A stretch of 64,000 nucleotides of DNA from Klebsormidium nitens (Eukaryota > Plantae > Klebsormidiophyceae), in contig DF237278.1 in assembly GCA_000708835.1 (NCBI GenBank), positions 37,894-101,893 on the forward strand, read 5' to 3'. Positions 47,888 through 61,200 of the stretch are shown here, in pieces. The position numbers were made by a program, and so were the translations under genes. How positions within the stretch are numbered: position 1 is the first letter of the stretch; the number at the start of each line of letters is the position of its first letter. The notes beneath the pieces are model-generated. The model was not told where the DNA came from and did no database searches. It was given only the letters and a program-made list of their open reading frames with translations.

Positions 47888-49778
47888 ACTGGGCAGCGAG
47901 GCAAATTGCCAACTTTTCAGAAGAGTCAGCGGACTGATCAGGCGCGCCAGCTGGCAATTCTGAGCGACCTACCACTTCGCAGATTATGCGGCCTGAGGAG
48001 GGCTATGAGAGACAGCTAACCACACTAGGGCTGCCACATTAGCATGGCGACCCAGCTTGCAATCTTCTGAGAGAGCAGATTGGCGCGTTGCATGTAACCT
48101 TACTACCGTAATAGTGATCCATATTGGCATCTAGCCTGGCGCGCTTGTGATCAGGCTTGCTTCTTGATCAATGGACCGCATGGTCTTTTAACCGATTGGG
48201 CCTTCAGCTAGCTAGGTAGGTGAGAAACAGAGACTCAGAAAAATGATGTTCATCCTCGTCAGTGGCAGTGGACTCGGAGAGAAACTCTGAAAGCTGGCAG
48301 CTGAACGTTGAAGGCAGCTGAACCCACAGTGAGAATCCGATTGCTTGCGTCATTTCGATCAGTGACGCCGCTGACGCGCCAATCAGGCTACATACAGCTG
48401 CCGACAGCACGACAGCTGAGCACTGCGCACTGCGCACTGCGCACTGCGCAGCAATCATGGCGGTGAGTCGTGAGTCGTGACCCCTGGCTGCCCAGTACCT
48501 ACTCGACACACTCATTGTTACTGTATTTAACAATACCTAGTGCTCAGTTCGTGTACCTAACTTACCTACTAGGGTACCTCGGTGACTGTACGCGCCAGGT
48601 ACGCACATCCCACAGTCCTACGGTCTACCTAGGTAGACGGTACCGTATACGAAAGGACCGAGTCACTCGTGTGGACGGTATTTCGCGCGCAATCGGGCCG
48701 TCCTTGCCTTTTTGGTAGGACATATCGACGGCTGTGAAGGCAGCCGTAATAGATTCCTCCGACTGGAGTCAGTCTGGAAGTCGGGATCGTCAGCGTGCAT
48801 GGTACCCGGAAGTACCAACCGATACCGTCTTTTCGTATCTGGAGACTGGCAGGCAATCTAGAGTATTTACAGAGGCCGCGCCAGGTGTACATGTTTCCAC
48901 ACGAATGAGGTCCGCATCCTTTCACAATCATCCGTACGGACCGAGCATACCGGCACTAGGGTACCGTACCTGTTCCGGCTCCACTGTACTCAGATCTGGT
49001 GCTGATTACCTAGATAGACTTGTGCAATGTGTACAGCTATCAGGCTCCAGGGCCAGCCTGAGGAACCGGCGGCGGTAGCTTCAAGAATCACTTCTGGATC
49101 CGAGCCATGCCCGGTGCGGTACCAGAATACCGGTAGTTGTACCGCCGGCGCCGTCCGGAGTCCGGACTGTATCATTCACGTGCCAGGCCGCAGGCGCGGC
49201 AAGGAATTACCGTAGGTAGAACGGTAAGTACTGGGGTAGATAGCTCGGACGTCAGAGGCTGGACTGAGGACTCCCGGGCCCCGGCTGGAGCTAAAATGCA
49301 ATCATTAACATCAAAATGACATGAAATTTCGTAAAGATTGCATGCCGCATTATGGCTTTCAAGTTCCAGGTTCCAGGCTCCAGGCTCCCGGCTCCCGGCT
49401 CCCTCAGAAGCACAGAAGCGTTCAAGCATTTGCCAAGCAATGCCAAAGTTACGAAGTCGACTACCCTATAGCTAATACCTACTTAGGACCAAGCTAGAAA
49501 CTCAAGAAGACGGGTGACTGCAAGAAGACGTTCAACTCTTGGTGGATTAAGGTGAAAAAGATCGGCTCGCAGTCCGCGTCCCCGCGAATTGCAGAACGAG
49601 AGCGCCATTCATTGCGCTCGGGACGAGTCGGAGGGAGTCCTGTGTGGATCACTTTTCCAAACCAGTCGCAAGACGAGCGCGGCGCCCTGGCTGAAATACT
49701 TGTGCAACCGCAGCATTGCTCTTTGAGCTGAAACCTGCATAAAAAAGACGTTTCTTGAGCTTCTTAGCACCCAAGCTG

Positions 49779-52700
49779 ATGGCTCTCTTGAGCCCCCACA
49801 ATCCTGAAAAAGGGAAACTCCCAGGACTCGCATTACTCACCGTCTTTGCTGTCGGTCTCCTCATGGGCGCCGTCATCAGCCACACAACATTCCCACGTGA
49901 CGTTCGGAGCGTCACGCTGACGTCACCTTCGGGCTTGCTCACTTTGCAACAAACGTCCAGTGCCGCTTTGCGCCGCCCTCTTGTTGACCCACCGTTAGTC
50001 TGCCCTCCCTGCAATTCCACTGTGTGCGCCTTGTGTCAGCCGCGCCTGCCGTGCAATTGCGTCGGGCTCAAAGTCAGCACGTGCATGAGCCGAGACCCGG
50101 CTCTGATGGAGGTTCCCGGAGCGTACGGCAAAAGGCTTGGGCTTCCTGCGGCGGAACGCGTCAATGGGCTGTTGATTGAAGAACTTTTACCAAAGTGAGC
50201 ACGCTTTCTTTTACGTGGAAAGAACCTCAGACTTACGCTCCGTGTCTCATTCTTGTGCGCCACGAGCGTTCATCGGCCAGAATTGCGCCAGTCTCCCAAG
50301 GAGCTGAGAATCCGCTTTTATACACAGCAAAAGTTCTGCAATCAACTGTGTCTACAGATTCCGAGCGGCTGCTGTTTACCTCATTACATTGGTGGCAGCT
50401 CTGCTCTGAGGCCGCATCTAATTCTGAATGTTTGGATTCATTGCTCCTCTTTTTGGAATTCTTTTGCCGTCGGATTAGCTGCGCAAGATTTCAGCTTTTT
50501 GATCTGCCCCACCCTGGTAAACCTATAATTAGCCAACGGTCCGTGTGTTCAGGTGCAGGTCTTGCAATTGATGACCTGCATTGAACATGGTTTCTTATCC
50601 ATAAGTGGCCCCAGTTATCGTGCGTGGCCAATGTAGTAGCACGGAAGGAAGAAAGAAGAACGTCACAAGTAAAGTTGACTGCTTACCTGTTACAAAAGTC
50701 TTCTATTTGGTCTTTGCAGGCTTCAGTTTCGCCCCGAATACTCATACGGGCAGATTCATGGTGAGCGATGCGATCGGAGCTCCAGTTCATTCTGTTGTGT
50801 TTGAGGCATCTGCTCAATTATTTTTCTTCTGGTGTGAGGACGTTGGACGAAGCTCAAGTGTCTCAAAATGTAGCTGGGCGAGGGTTTTGGCTGGATCAAG
50901 AGGGTAAAAGTTGTAATCGTATCTCAACACCGCACGCTGCAACAAAACTCCGGATAGAGAGGGCAGCTGTGCCACACCCCTTGACGTGCATACTAGGCTT
51001 GCAAAGTTTGAGCTGCCGCTGTAGTAAAAATCAACGGAATCGCTGAAGCTTCGGATCTTACAGGCCTCTTATCACGAAAAGCGTGGTTCTTTGCAAGTCT
51101 ACTGTAATTCAAAGAGCTGAAACCAGAAACTTCCCACTCGTGTCCAGATGTCGAAGGCCTTGGTCACATCGTTCCTTGGCTATTGGGCAATCAAGTCGAC
51201 CTGAACTCGGCTCGCAGGTTAGGAAGCCCGAAGCCCCTTTGCTGCTGTTCTTCTGTAAAGTAAAGATTAGAATTTCATCGTTCTTTGTTTGCTGATACGG
51301 GCCTTCCGACATTGCCAGTGGGGTGCAGGAGATTTAAAGTGGCGCGTAAATCGTCAGAAGCGTGTGCATTCTGAAATCGGGAACGAGCTCAGTAGTCCAA
51401 CTAGTTGCTGAAATGGAGTTCAGAGGTCTTTTGATAAGCCGTACGCTGTTAAGTCTTTCCGCTAGAAAACAGAGCAACATTCCAAATGGTAATTCGGACC
51501 TCAGAGAGATCAACATGAACGCAAACAAAGTTGGTATTACTGCAAGAGGGAACTGTCCTAAGCCTCGAACAGTCTGCTGAGCAGACGACGCCTGCTGAGC
51601 GGTGGCGTGTCTACTGATAAAACCTTTATCTGCCTGGTCATTACTCTTTAAGGCGGACTGGAGCCCTTCTGATGCAGACCTCCTAGACTCGATCGAGCTT
51701 TTCTCCACCCGTCTGATCTGTGGGAATAGACCCCGTGATCCAAGTAAGACAGTTTGCGAAAACAAGAGGCCTAACCTGGTTATCACGAGATTGCATGAAA
51801 AGTCCCTTCTTCTGCGGACCCTAATTTAGCTAGATTTTGCAGGCGCGTTTTCATGGACTTGGGCGCCAACCGTTTCGAAACGAGCACGGCGTGGTTCATG
51901 CGGACGTACCCCGTTGAGTTCGATGAGGTGGGTGCTCCGACACCTGGCATGTAACTCGACCAATCATAAAATTGACTTGAGACCGCTCCGTCAAGAGAAG
52001 TTCCCTTTTGAAGAGGATGTGCGCCAATATTTAGCCCGTTTTGAAGTCAAATCTGACTGAAGAGTCCCCTTTTCCAGCGCTGCCGGTACTGAAAAGTGGT
52101 CTAGAAAACGGGTCCTGATTCGTACTTTTGCCAGCGTGCTTCACGATAGTTTGGGATACAAAAGCTCCGGGCTAGCAGATCAGGTTGATCAATGATCAGA
52201 TCCTTCTAGGGGCGTATCCTTTGTCTAGAGTGAGGGGGGTAATCTTCGATGCCTTTTCTTAGCCGTTGCTAAAAGTTGGCATTTGAGTACGGAACTCATC
52301 GACCACTTGGACTTGCAGTTTGAGGGAAAGAGTCTCGAAAGTACGGTCCTGCCTTGCTTCTTTGCGTTTTGACCGTATCTCCACTTGCCTGAATCGGAGG
52401 CGCTTTGAATATATCTCGGCAGTGACATTTGGGATACTAATACAGAACCTGCGTCTGCACTAACTGGATTCTGCGTGAGGATGCCCGCTTTTCTTCAGAC
52501 CAAGTTGGAATTTAAGTACCACAAATACGCTGTTGTGTGAAAGGTTTGATCTCAGCCTTGTTTTTACGGGTCTTCAATCAGGCTGTCACGGGTTACTTGG
52601 AGTGGCATGCTAATGTGGGCTGTTTACGGGTTTCGTGTGCGTCCGAAGTCTTTTGGCAGTCGACGTGCACCTGTTTTCATGACACTCATACCGGAAGATC

Positions 52701-54167
52701 TCCTTGAAACCTCGTATCCAACTCGTCTCCGCTGCCCTGATGCTGAAGTCTCTGAAGTTCGCTCCAGAGCACGAACGTGTCCCACATAATATCCAAGCAC
52801 CCGTTTCCATCCACTCCAGATCCACGCCTTCGAGATGACCACCGTCTTTATTCCGCCGATCGAGAAGCTCGCGCGCCTTCCCAACCCGCCCAACATAACC
52901 GCATACCGCGCGTTAGTGGGCATTCGAGATCTGCCGCCATCCGCTTCCGGAGTGCCTGGCATCGACATTCTGCGTTTCATCAAGAACGATCTGCGGATCA
53001 AAGAAGAGGATACGTTCATCCTGAAGATGGACATCGAGGGGGCGGAGGTGGGTCAATGGACTTTAAACAGGAATTTTTGGCCGTTAACCAGGGATGCTTA
53101 TGGGCTGGTTACAAAGTAACCTGAAGTCCAAGAATCAGGCTTGGGCGGCACCCTGCCTTGTAGCGAGGTTAAATACCGGTTAATTGGCCAGTGATCTGAG
53201 CCTCCAGTATGGTGATCAGCCTGGTCGGCAGCCAAAACCCCCTGATAGCTCGAGCAACATGCTGGACATTGGCAGTTGCAAGAGCGTGTTTCTCGGAGAG
53301 AGGCTCTTGGAAGCACCGGTAAAGCTGAAATACCTCTACCAAAAAGATGGGGTTCAGGTATGATGTTTGCGTGAAGAGGGACATTGATGCAGACGTCGCT
53401 TGAGGCAGTTTGAAAAAGCTCCTCGATAAGCCTTGAACTCGGACGCCACATGCGCACGTCCATGAGTCCGTCAGGTCTGGTCTTAGAGAACGTTTGAATC
53501 AGGTTCTCACCCTTGCCTTCATCCGGACTCAAGTACTTACGGGGCTCAGGAGGCTTTAAAGCACGTAGCTCTCCGACTCTCTAATGGTAGTCCTGTCTCG
53601 ATAGGTCCAGGAAGACACCTCCGCATTTGATGATGTACGAAGATAAGAGATTCTGACATCTTTCTCGCCATTCGCGCCCATGTAACCAGGGCCCTAATTC
53701 TGTTAAATTCCATCAATCTTATCCCCGGCCCCGGCAAGCAACTTCTCCTTCCCAGTCGGGCATTTCACGATTCTCGCCGTCGTGGAAAGACAACTCAATC
53801 TGCTGAACTTCCTCGTATTGAACGTTTCTTTTCTCCTTTCTTTGAACTTTCTTCTATTACTTCCTTTGAACTTTCAATTTCTACTCTCTTTAAACTTTCT
53901 TTCTCCACTCTCGTTAAACTTTCTTTTTCTACTTTCTTCAAACTATTTTGCCCCTTGCCTCTATTGCAGTGGGACGTGCTGCCGCTCCTTCTCCGTGACT
54001 CCGAAGCGCTCGCGCTCATTGACGAGCTGTTCGTCGAGGTGCACTACGGAGACCCGGCCTTGGCCCAATGCGGCTGGAATGAGTACTACCCCCGGACGAT
54101 AGATGATGCGGTGGAGCTGGTCCGTAACCTACGCAAGGCCGGCTTGCGGACGCATTTGTGGCCGTAG
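49779..54167 (+). CDS. FkbM-family (Methyltransf_21) SAM-dependent methyltransferase, type II membrane protein
   Basis: Exons 49779-50194, 51843-51927, 52820-53047 and 53970-54167, phase-consistent. TM segment LALLTVFAVGLLMGAVIS. Motifs: RVFMDLGANRFETSTAWF, IHAFE, FILKMDIEGAE|WDVL, LIDELFVEVHY. Confidence 0.88.
53795..53950 (+). repeat. Pyrimidine-rich ~24-bp degenerate tandem repeat just upstream of a 3' splice site
   Basis: About six units of (T)TGAACTTTCTT(C)T...CT(C/T)T lie before the acceptor at 53968-53969. Confidence 0.65.
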
Positions 54168-55266
54168 AATCAAGGGCTTAGACGTGTACCTACCTGTAAA
54201 TTCTTTTACAGACTCGGCTCGAGTTTTGATTGTGTAAACACATACCGTAAGGACAAAAACTAGCGTGTTTTGTCTTTGGTATCTCAGCAGTGGACTCAAT
54301 CATTATAAACTGACGGTGGTACATCTTTTGCGAAGACTCACTTCTGGAAAGACTAGGCTCCTAGGTGTTCAAATGGACGAACGTCAACAACTCACCATTA
54401 AGGATACGTACAGTGTATCTTTGCCCGTGCGGCCTTGTTTCAATACATTGAAAATAGAAACGAAGGCTTCACAAATCTGCATTTGGTCGCGTAACGAAAG
54501 TCATGTGATTATCATTACGGACAGCCGCCGGGCTAGTCATGCCGTATGCACATCAGGGGCGAATGCATACCATGATTCGCACATTTACCCCTCGTTCCGC
54601 TGTCGAGGAGCTTGAGCTGGATCTAGCCAGTGGGGGTGAGAGAGTTGTTCTTGAGAAATCTGGCCACCGGTATACGCCGCACATGTGCTTATTACTAGGG
54701 GCTCGAGCATATCGCGCTCGAGTCCACACTTGCGAAATATATTAAGCCTGGCACTGGCTTGCGCTCACTGGCTTTACACAAAGTCGGCGTCAGATCGATT
54801 TGCATCATAGTTGCACGCCAGTATTGGTTTGCGCGCGCGCAGCCTGGCAATGATAGCACACAGGTTGCGGAAACTCATGTTCAGATTGTACCCCGGTCTC
54901 GCGGTAGCTAGCTTTGACTTATCCAATGGCTCACTGTCGCAGCCTTTCAACACGTGGCTCAAGACGCTAATTAGAGCGAGCGACCATCTGCCCGCTTTCG
55001 ATGGGCGCCGGGCCGTGTGACACCTTAGAGTAATGGTCAGTGCATGTTGCGCGGGGTACAAAAAACAAAGAGAAAGATTATATGCTACGCGTGCAGGGTA
55101 GCTTCAAAGTCATGGCGCGCACGGGAACAACCCGCTTTTGCAATGTATGAAGGAGGCTCACAGCACGAAGTCTCCCAATTATGTACACTCTTCCACGTTA
55201 ACCTCCAGCTCGTGCTCAGTGACCAGCGGTTACTTCACCACAAGCACACAAGGTCGTGGTCGCCCT

Positions 55267-58200
55267 TCACTCAGCAATGTTGAACGATATATGCCCGGCC
55301 CGGAGGCGACCCATGAGCGTCTTCCTAAGCTCGTCGATCAGCCTGTTCCAATTTGATCCGAGCGCGCCTACGAAGTAGTCCGCTTCCGCGCTTAGCATCA
55401 GATTCACGAAAGCGTGGTCCACATTTTGCCGAGCGTCAGGGATGCGGTCCGCGCCAAAGATCCGGGAGGTGTTGGTGTAAAGGAACTCCCACGCGGGGTA
55501 ACGACGCGTGTCATCGACCACGCTCTGCATCTCCGTGCTGAGCCAAATGGTCCTGCGGAAACAATAAAACATGGTTACAGGAAAGTTTGGCTCCCAACCA
55601 AGCTGATGACCAGACTCGAATTCTTGTTTATGGACAGGTAAACCCGCCTTGGAACAAGGCGGGTTACTGCGCGAGTCTGGTTGTTGGACAAATAGTCACC
55701 TTCTCTAAGAGCCCAGACCCGTCCATCATGATCAAGGGCCGATATCTCGTGCTGTGTGCTGAGGAAGTATTACTTGGTTATTCCACTTCCTTGCTTGCAT
55801 GGCAAGAGAACCCCTTTGGGAGCTGGCGAGTGGGCAGTTGCTGAAGAAGATCGTGAAAACGACCGTTCTCCTACTGGCATGCTTTCTCCTTACAGAAACC
55901 GGCCTCACTAACCGAGAGAACCTGACACAAACACAATAATTCCCGCTTTTTCTTAGCCGTTTTTTCTGCTCTGGTGGTTGCTGGCGAGCGGATCACTGGC
56001 GATCTACGAACTTCGTCAAGACCGTCTCAATACAGCGAATGATTGTGCTGCCTCATACTTGCGTAACGAGAGTGCTATCTGTGCGACATGAATCAAAAGT
56101 CGTAGCTGCGCCTTCATGTGACATGGGGCAACGGTTTAGATGCGCCTTCACAAAAGGACTTCAATCGACTCACTTGACGCTCGGGTCGTGCCGCCGAATG
56201 CGCTCCGCCTGCGCCATGTAACTCCCGAAGTCGAACAGCCGCATCTCGATCCCTTTGTCCCCTTGTCTCACGTGGATAGACAACATAGGACGGGGGAAAT
56301 AAGGCGCAAGACCGGAGCCCGAACTCCATAGCGTATGCTCCAGCTCTCCGACCATCAGATTCTTGTTGAATTCGTCCTCGGTGGAGACTTGAAGCTGCCT
56401 CTGCTTCGCTTCAAGGACTTCCCTGGCCACCTGGAACGAGAGCGGGGGGGAAAACAAAGTCAAAGATGCATCGCGGCTTCAGTTGGAACGTTGAGGGCAC
56501 AACTCGACTCGGCGCTTAAGATCGGACGTCAAAATTCTGATTACGCGCGCGCTTACCCTCATCGCTACTCTTAAATGCAAACATCTCGAAACACTTGCGG
56601 CGGCTGCCAAATTGTTTCTGCTGCTCCAAGAAAAGTCAATAGGGTAAGTTTGCCATCAGGGCTTCAACGGCAATCGCAGAAGGCGTTGTCAAGCGCAAAG
56701 CCTTTTCAGTAAGGGAAAAAGGGCGCGCTTCAGTTTCCTCGTTTACACATAAGCTCTCCCGGGATCCTACAGACTTCTCAGCGAAACGAAGCTGCCTCAA
56801 CAGATCCTTCCTACGCGCTGGCCGACCCAGAGTCCTCACCTTCCTTCCGTAGTTCCGGTTCCGCTCGTGGTTGCACAGCGAACACAGGTACTGGGTGGGG
56901 AACCGGAGCAGGTAGCTGGTCGCCTGCGCGCGCCACCAGCGCATCCTGTTGGTCGACTCGCCCCCGTCGAAAAGCTTCCCCGCCACTTCCTCCGTCGTGG
57001 TTGGGTCCGAGATCCAGGGTTGGCCCCAAGGGCCGTCAGGCACCTATGATCGAAAATTTCTCGTTTAGAGTAACAGTAAGCGTCGAGACTTCGATTTAGA
57101 AGTAGTTGGTGTCGGGTTGAGAGAATTAACCTGGGACGGGTGGGTTTCTTCTGTGATTTTTGGTGGGTACCGCTGCGGAGCAGGAGATTTTCGATGGTTA
57201 GGATTTCGACTTCAGGTTGGGGGCTTTATACGATCTCCGCAGCTTTCTGTACCTAGATTGGAGATCTCTTTTCGTCGCCGAAGGGGGGCCGCTTGAGGGG
57301 AAAATCTGCTCGAGGCTGGAATTCACTGCGCAGGCTTGCTTGCGAGATCGAATGAAGCGAAGGGTTTTGGCGGAGAGCCAAAAGGATCGAGAAGCGCTGA
57401 TGCACAAAAGAAACGAGACAGACTTGCTTGGCACGAGAGAATTGGCCATGTAAGAGAAGCCCAAGAAATCGGATACTACACCAGCATTTCAGCGTCGCGA
57501 GTGCTCTTATCACAAAGTGAGCTGTGCAGGCGATTGCCATTTCTCCTCGAATGGTACGAAACGCTTGCCCTATAAAAGATCACGAAGGGGAAAAGCCAAA
57601 AGTCTCGTTTATCAACAACAAGCTCTAAGAAGAAAAAGCTCATTCTACCGGGCAAAGACGAACTGAAACCCATAACCCAGACAATTACGCGCTCCGCACC
57701 CTACCCCACCCTAAACACCAGGGCAACCTCACACGTTCCTCAGCCATTTTCACGCAGCTTAGTTTGCTAGTTGAGACTTCGAGTCCGGCTCACCAGATCC
57801 CAGAAGGCGGTGGCCTGCTCCAAGTTGTGCCCGTAATGCAACACGCGCTCTGTGCTGTTCCTCAGAACGGCGTCGATCTCAGCTCTGGAATTGAGGTTGT
57901 GATGGATCGGCTGACCGATCCCGGCACGGTTCTGCTCGTTGAGAAGCTCCAGCGCCACTTGTCTGCACAAAACAGGTTTACAGTTGGTCAAATAAGCAAG
58001 GACCCCAGGCCGCGATAATAGCGGGGACGGGTGGGGTTACATAGCGGGTTAGTGTGAACACGGTGCGTGCTTGGACCTTCGGGTTCACGGAATCGGTTTG
58101 CCCGACCCCATCACAGTGTTTTTGAAAGTCAGAGTTGCCAATTTTAGGATACTAGCGCATCTCGTTACCGACTCGAGGGCTAAGCGCTGATACCGTGAAC

Positions 58201-61200
58201 ACACCACGCCTATCTGACGTCTCAGGCCTGACGTCACAGGCCTTGGATTTTTGAACACCTGACTTGATTGCGCAATCGCAGCCCAAAGTCTGTTTGTGAT
58301 GCCGTGACAATGCAAGACGCTCGAATGTTAGACGACCTCCGATCGAGGATTCCGAGTACGTATCGCTGACTGCCCACACATAAAAAGCAGCACTGATACC
58401 AGTCTCGCAAAAAGGTAAAGTCTGCTGCGTTTCCGACTTCTCAAAGCCCTTGGCTCCAATCAATCATTTACCGAAGGAACGCCGAAGGAACGGACAAACA
58501 ATTGCGTGAGTCGGAACCTCTAGCTTCCAATTCTGGACTTGACGCAAGTTCTACAGCTGTTTCCGAATACAAGGACTCTAACGACGGAGATTGAAGCGGG
58601 TCCTCGACGCCTTGTTTTCTCTGTTAAGCTTGGCCTTTGCTCTTCGAGAGCTCTGATTTAAATGCCTTGGGCCTTCAATCATACGGGCCTTGGAAGTTTA
58701 CTTGCCTACCCAGTCTTTTTAGGGCATGAAGTAGAAGCCAAGAACGAAGGCCTTTTCTTTAGAAGCTTCCTTGCACACTGGATTTTCTGGGGGCATGAAT
58801 TAGCAGCCAAAAACGAAGGCCTTGTTTTCTGGAAGCTTACTTGCACACCGGGTCTTCTGGGGCCATGAAATAGCAGCCCAGGCTGGACTTGCGGCCGAGC
58901 CCAACGCAGCCCTCGTGGTCCGCTCGGGTGAAAGAGTCGGTCATGATGAGAGTCCGGTTGTAGGTCTTGGCCACTGCGAGGAAGACGCTCCAGCCGTGCA
59001 GCTGCGACCCGATGCCGTGGCCGTTGGCGACCCACCAGTTGACGACCAGGAACTTGTGCGCCGGATCGCGGCAGTCCTGCGGGTAACGAAACGAATATCG
59101 GTTGACAGTCTATGAGTGCAACTGCTTGTAAATCACGAGCTCAATCGACTTTCGACTCCCCGCAAATACAAGCCTTTGGGGGTTCACTAAGGCGTTCTGG
59201 ATGAACACACTTCGAGGTACCTGATGAAAAAAGTTCTCCTATTCTGCGCTCCGACCTCTACAGGGGTAGGCTGTCCGTAACTGGGGCTACCGCCCGCAAC
59301 TGAGATGAAAGAAATAGATACTTGCCTCTTGCTACTTGGGTTAGCGCCCAGGTTCGAGTTTGACTCTCTTCTGGGTTTCTTAAAGCTGCTTTTTGGAACG
59401 AGCTCTCCGCGCATCCACACTTCAGTTCGTGACTTTTCATCGAAGAGCGGTGGGACAGCTTCATGAGATCCATGTGATTCTCGGAAGCCGACAAGGGCCC
59501 TGATGCCGGAACGCATTGAACGACCTACGACCTTTGGGAAACCAGAGGCCCTTGAGAAGAGGGACTCTGAGAGGCACTTCGGAGCACTACCTTTCTCTGA
59601 AAACACAAACCGAACGCAATTCGCATGCTCTTTGTCACTCCCATTTCAATCAACAAAGCTTTTGACGTCCCGTTCTTACCTTTCCTACCCTCAGATTAGC
59701 AACGCTACAGCGCATTTGAAATTCTTCCCTGCCAAGACCCTGGATTCAGAACCGTGTCCAAAAGTCTTAACCCGACTTCGGGCCTCACCTTAGGATGCTG
59801 ATGCGCCCAGATTGCTGCCTGCGCCGCCCGCGTTCCCTGGAGATTGTCCAGATCCGCTCCAACCACCCAAGGCGGCTGCGGGCGCGCAGACGTCATTGCA
59901 GCGTCATCGGCGCCACCTGTATACCAAGCCGGCAGTGACCCGTCGGAAGAGCGCTGATCCCAAGTCTTGCGCAGTATCGTCACTGCTTCACAGTCCTGTG
60001 CAAAGAAAAACTTGGTGCTCAGCCAAGGCGAGCTCATCCTGGTCCTCAAATCCGGTTCCCCGAAATCACTCGCCCTAGGACTGTTGTGAGGGAACAGCGG
60101 AAGGCAGTGTTCCGACTGAAATGCACCTGGTGTTCCGTCAGATCATAGGCGAGCCTGCAACAGTCGCGGGTAACTCATTCCGTACGTTTCCTGATCATCG
60201 AACCGACCAGCCGCTCGACAAAAGCACTCCCTTCTGGAAACAGGAAGTATGAGGAAGGCATGTCAGTCAGCCGCAATGAAGCTGCCAGATTTGCCAACGG
60301 TCAAAATGGACTGAACAATGCTGAAGCACCCACAACGAGAGCTTACCTGGAGATGCGGTGCTGGAAGGACTTGTTCAGTTATGCTGCTCCTCTTCGGTAG
60401 ACTGATGTGGGAACTCAGGTTGAACTGCAAGTCCCAATGGCTGACAAGCTGCTCGACCTCCACAGTATCCACACTAGTGAGCTGCGTCTTATCTTCATGC
60501 GCCTCTTTCAACTCGGCTGCAGAAGCTTTTGCTTGCGAGATCGCTTGCTTAAGTTCCTGCACAGAGAGTTTAGTACAACTTTAGGGTCATGAAACTTGAT
60601 GCAAAAGTCCGCTGATAGCTCCAGGCCTGAATTGCCAACCGCTGTCACGTTCCCATGGAATGTACAGCCAGTCGGTTCACTTCTTCTTTCCATCACAAAG
60701 GATGGCTCCTTTCTCAGTTCATGCCTCAGTTCAGAACCAAAGTAGCGCCACAACGTCTTTGACTGACTAGAAGGATGAGAGGACTGAGCCAACTCTGAAG
60801 TTTTGGTGTAAGAGCGTGAGAAGCAAGATCAAGACGCCTTTAAGGTTGACGGTCAGAAGATTACCAGCCTTCTCTGTTTGAATCCGTAAGACTCATTCTG
60901 CACCAGCTATTAATTTGAAAGCCTGCTGGACTCTAAAAGATCGCACTGCACTCTCCAGCTGTCCTGCCAACAACGGACTCCGCACGTAGAAAGGCTGCAT
61001 CTCACCTCCACTTGCTTGCTCCAGATCGCAAATTGACTGTTCAACTGGGAACTTATTGATGCTGTAACCTTCTTTGAGACCAGTTCCGGAAGCAGCTCCT
61101 GTGAGAACGGCCTGGAACCGTCTTGCACAACAGATTCCTACACGAAAGAGGAGCATTTTTAGGCTTATGAGATGCCAGACACCACAAGGAGGGCTAAAAG

